Below are positions 61,263 to 64,000 of a stretch of 64,000 bases of DNA, piece by piece. This DNA is from Prorocentrum cordatum. Lineage: Eukaryota. The translations under genes and the position numbers were made by a program. The stretch is taken from positions 372,001 through 436,000 of the forward strand of contig CAUYUJ010000026.1 in NCBI GenBank assembly GCA_963575745.1, written 5' to 3'. Below the pieces are notes generated by a model, which was not told the origin of the DNA, did no database searches, and worked only from the letters and a program-made list of their open reading frames with translations. Position 1 is the stretch's first letter, and each line of letters begins with the position of its first letter.

Positions 61263-63399
61263 GATACAAGGGAACACTCGGAACGGCGGGGCGTCTGAGG
61301 GTCCGACCCCGCCAGGAATGACCAGCCGCATAATTGTAACGAGCGCCAGGAAAGCGCTCGAAAATGTTAGGAAGAGCTTTTTCCAAGGGAGACTGCGCAC
61401 ATAAAGCTGGGCACATCAGGACGGTGGTACACTATCGCGGCTCCTTGGCGGGAGGTGGGGAGTCTGAGGCCGTGGCCCTCATGCCGCCCAAGCATGGGTT
61501 TGGGGGGCGTTCCTGCTCTCCCGTCAACGCGTTAGCCCGGGAGAATGTTTGGACCATTGCGTTCGGGCGCAGCGTATGGGATTCCCTTACCGAGAGCAAG
61601 CTGGCATTTGGGGGCCACGGGTCCAATGGGATGGAGTTGTCCATCCGACGAGCTCTGCCCAAATAGCTCATCCTTCCTCCCCCGCTATTGCTCCTCAGCT
61701 CCTCCTCGCTCCCGTCGTCCATCCCGTTCCTGATGATACGCGATTATGACTGACTGTGTCTCGTCCTCCTCTCAGCACCAGACGTACGGCTTGTCGGGCA
61801 TTTCGCTGAGACTTGCCCGAAGGTTCTGATCTTGAGGCAAAGCATGATACGGTGGGAGATCGAACTTATATCAGCATGAAGCCTACGTTGTAGCCCGACC
61901 CGCATGCGTCTTGCATGTTCCGAGTACCTACAAGGATGCAGGGTGGGAGGCTCCAAAATGTGGCTGTCGCCGTCGCGCCGCGCAACTTACTTTGTAGTTC
62001 TTGAAAGGAGTGCGGATGTCTCTCGAAATGTGCCACTCGCCCCAGACGCGCGCACATGCGTCGTGACAGCTCCTACCAGCTACACGGATGCAGGTATGGA
62101 GGTTTCAAGATGTCGTCCATCTTGGGTTTATTGAGCCGTTCATCTCCGCATTTTTTTCTGCTTGCTACCGCCTTGTTGTTTCGTCATGTTTCTGATCATT
62201 GGTTCTGTTCTTCATATTCTCCCACCATGTCCTCATCATTTCTCTTCCCTATCCCGCCTCAATCCCCCTCTTCGTTCATCTTCCATCCCGCCCTCTTCCT
62301 ACACGTTGTTCTTCGCAGCAATGGTCTTTCTCCTGTTCCTCCCTCTCCTGCTCCTCCTCCCCCTGCTTCTGCACACGGCTCGCATCCTGCGCCTGCTCCT
62401 CCTCATCACGACCTTGCTCCTCTGCTCGCTGCAGCGTGCTACCGCTTGAGCTGCTCCTCCCCCCCTCAGTGGCCGCCGCTAGTGTCGTCGTGGCCGTCGC
62501 CGTCGTCGCCACAGGGCCGTCGCTGCAGTCGGCGGCGTGCAAAAAAGACGACGGAAGCTTCGGAGAGTTGTCTGTCCTTAGGGGCCCTCGCTGGGCCCCT
62601 GGGACCTGTCAAGCAACGACTACAGGATGAAAGTGGGTCCCTGGGCATGGGTCGAGATCTCTGGAATTCGACGTGGTGCAACAGGCATCCTCTCGGGAGT
62701 CTGGAGTCGTCGCCCCAGCCACGGGGCGCCGGGAGGCCAAGATGTCGCTGTCCGTGAGCCCCGAGCAGCTCACGGCGTGCGTGCCGCTGCTGATGAGGGC
62801 GACGCCGCCAGACAGCGCGGAAACGCTGGAGTGGTCTTCCTGCTCGCGCTCCTGCCTCGACCTCTCTGTATGCCCGCGCTCTGTCTTGCCGCGTCCATGT
62901 CTCGCTGCCGTCTCCCGATGGAGAAGCAGCAAATGGCCGAAACACCAACCGTTGGAGCTCCGCGCAGATTTCTTGGGTCGGCCCAGGGGTCCCCCTGGCT
63001 GCGCCTCTGGCCCCGCCCCCAGCGCGCCCCGCGCGCCCGGGACGCGGGGTCCAGCGCCGAGCCAGGAGATCCGCGCGGAGTTCCGGAAGTTTCGGTTCAC
63101 GCCAGCTTCTCTTCACCGAGTCCGCGCGGTTAGCCTCCTTTTCTCCATGCGTTGCCACGTGCCTTCCTGATGGTGGATACCGCCTGTGTGCTGCGCCATC
63201 GGCTGCCGAGCGCAAAGATGGCCCGGTGAGGATATGCCCAGTGGATTGGCTGTAACACTGCAGCAGCGCCTGGGGCGATGATTAATGAGGTTTGCTCCTG
63301 GCCCAACCAACAACTATATTTTGATAGTTCCCCCCTCGCCCTTTTCAAGCGCGCGCGCGCCCCGATGTTCCACGGGGCAGTTGGAGACGAAGCGGAGAT

Positions 63400-63657
63400 C
63401 CAGGAGGAGATGGGGGAGGAGGGAGAGGAGGAGGAGGAGGAGGAATAGGAGGAGGAGGAGGAGGAGGAGGAGGAGGAGGAGGAAGAGGAGGAAGAGGAGG
63501 AGTGCGGAGGAGGAGGGAGGAGGAGGAGCAGAAGGAGGAGGAGGAGGAGGAGGAGGAGGAGGAGGAGGAGGAGTTGGTGGAGGAGGAGCTGGAGGAGCAG
63601 GAGGAGGAGGAGACGGGGAATGTGGAGGAGGAGGAGGAGGAGGAGGAGGAGGAGGAC
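63400..63657. repeat. (GGA)n tract
   Basis: Visible directly. Confidence 0.92.
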
Positions 63658-64000
63658 CACCACTACCACCAATGGCATGTGCAGCAGGAGCAGCACATGC
63701 ATTGGCACGTCGTCCTGGCGGGCGTCGCATCCGACTTGACTCAAAGGGGCCAGCGGTCATGATAATGCTGCGTTCCAGGATGTCCGGGATTCTCCAGATG
63801 TCATAGTATGTGCCACGCGGGTTGCAGAAACACGGGGCCACTAGACACTCTGGACCCCTGGAACGTGACATGAGCCAATCTCACCATGACATCATTCCTG
63901 TCCCATTTTCACAGCCCCCCCTCTGGTCGAAATGAATTCAGTAATGCCCCATCGTCCGTCGTTGTCGACGTCCGCCGCCGTCTCCGCCAGGCAATGCTTC

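Overview
Eukaryotic, GC-rich, microsatellite-dense DNA. It is almost certainly a dinoflagellate nuclear genome: there is a perfect 22-nt dinoflagellate spliced leader (DinoSL) at 14881-14902, and the introns use GC/GA as well as GT donors. Most ORFs in the supplied track are artefacts of (CAT)n, (TAC)n/(GTA)n, (GGA)n/(CCT)n and (TACA)n arrays. Real content: (1) the 3' exons of a WD40-repeat gene (~3.0-6.6 kb); (2) a decayed non-LTR retrotransposon starting exactly with the DinoSL, joined to a second, 5'-truncated RNase H-bearing LINE (14.9-22.5 kb); (3) a multi-exon, probably secreted type I sulfatase gene with introner-like introns (28.0-36.5 kb); (4) a 736-bp tandem duplication; (5) a ~16.1-kb Ty1/Copia-type LTR retrotransposon (45158-61262). 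The Copia element is the highlight. Its disrupted ~4,900-codon polyprotein carries Gag/CCHC, protease, integrase, RT and RNase H, plus a Tpt1/KptA NAD-dependent RNA 2'-phosphotransferase domain with its catalytic residues intact, a RING-H2 finger and two cytosine-methyltransferase-like domains. Its LTRs contain a spliced-leader look-alike ~28 nt downstream of a TATA-like box. Its sense strand holds at least 34 perfect GCNNG-GNRA-CN'N'GC hairpins whose stems co-vary. All calls are from reading motifs by eye; no database searches were run.
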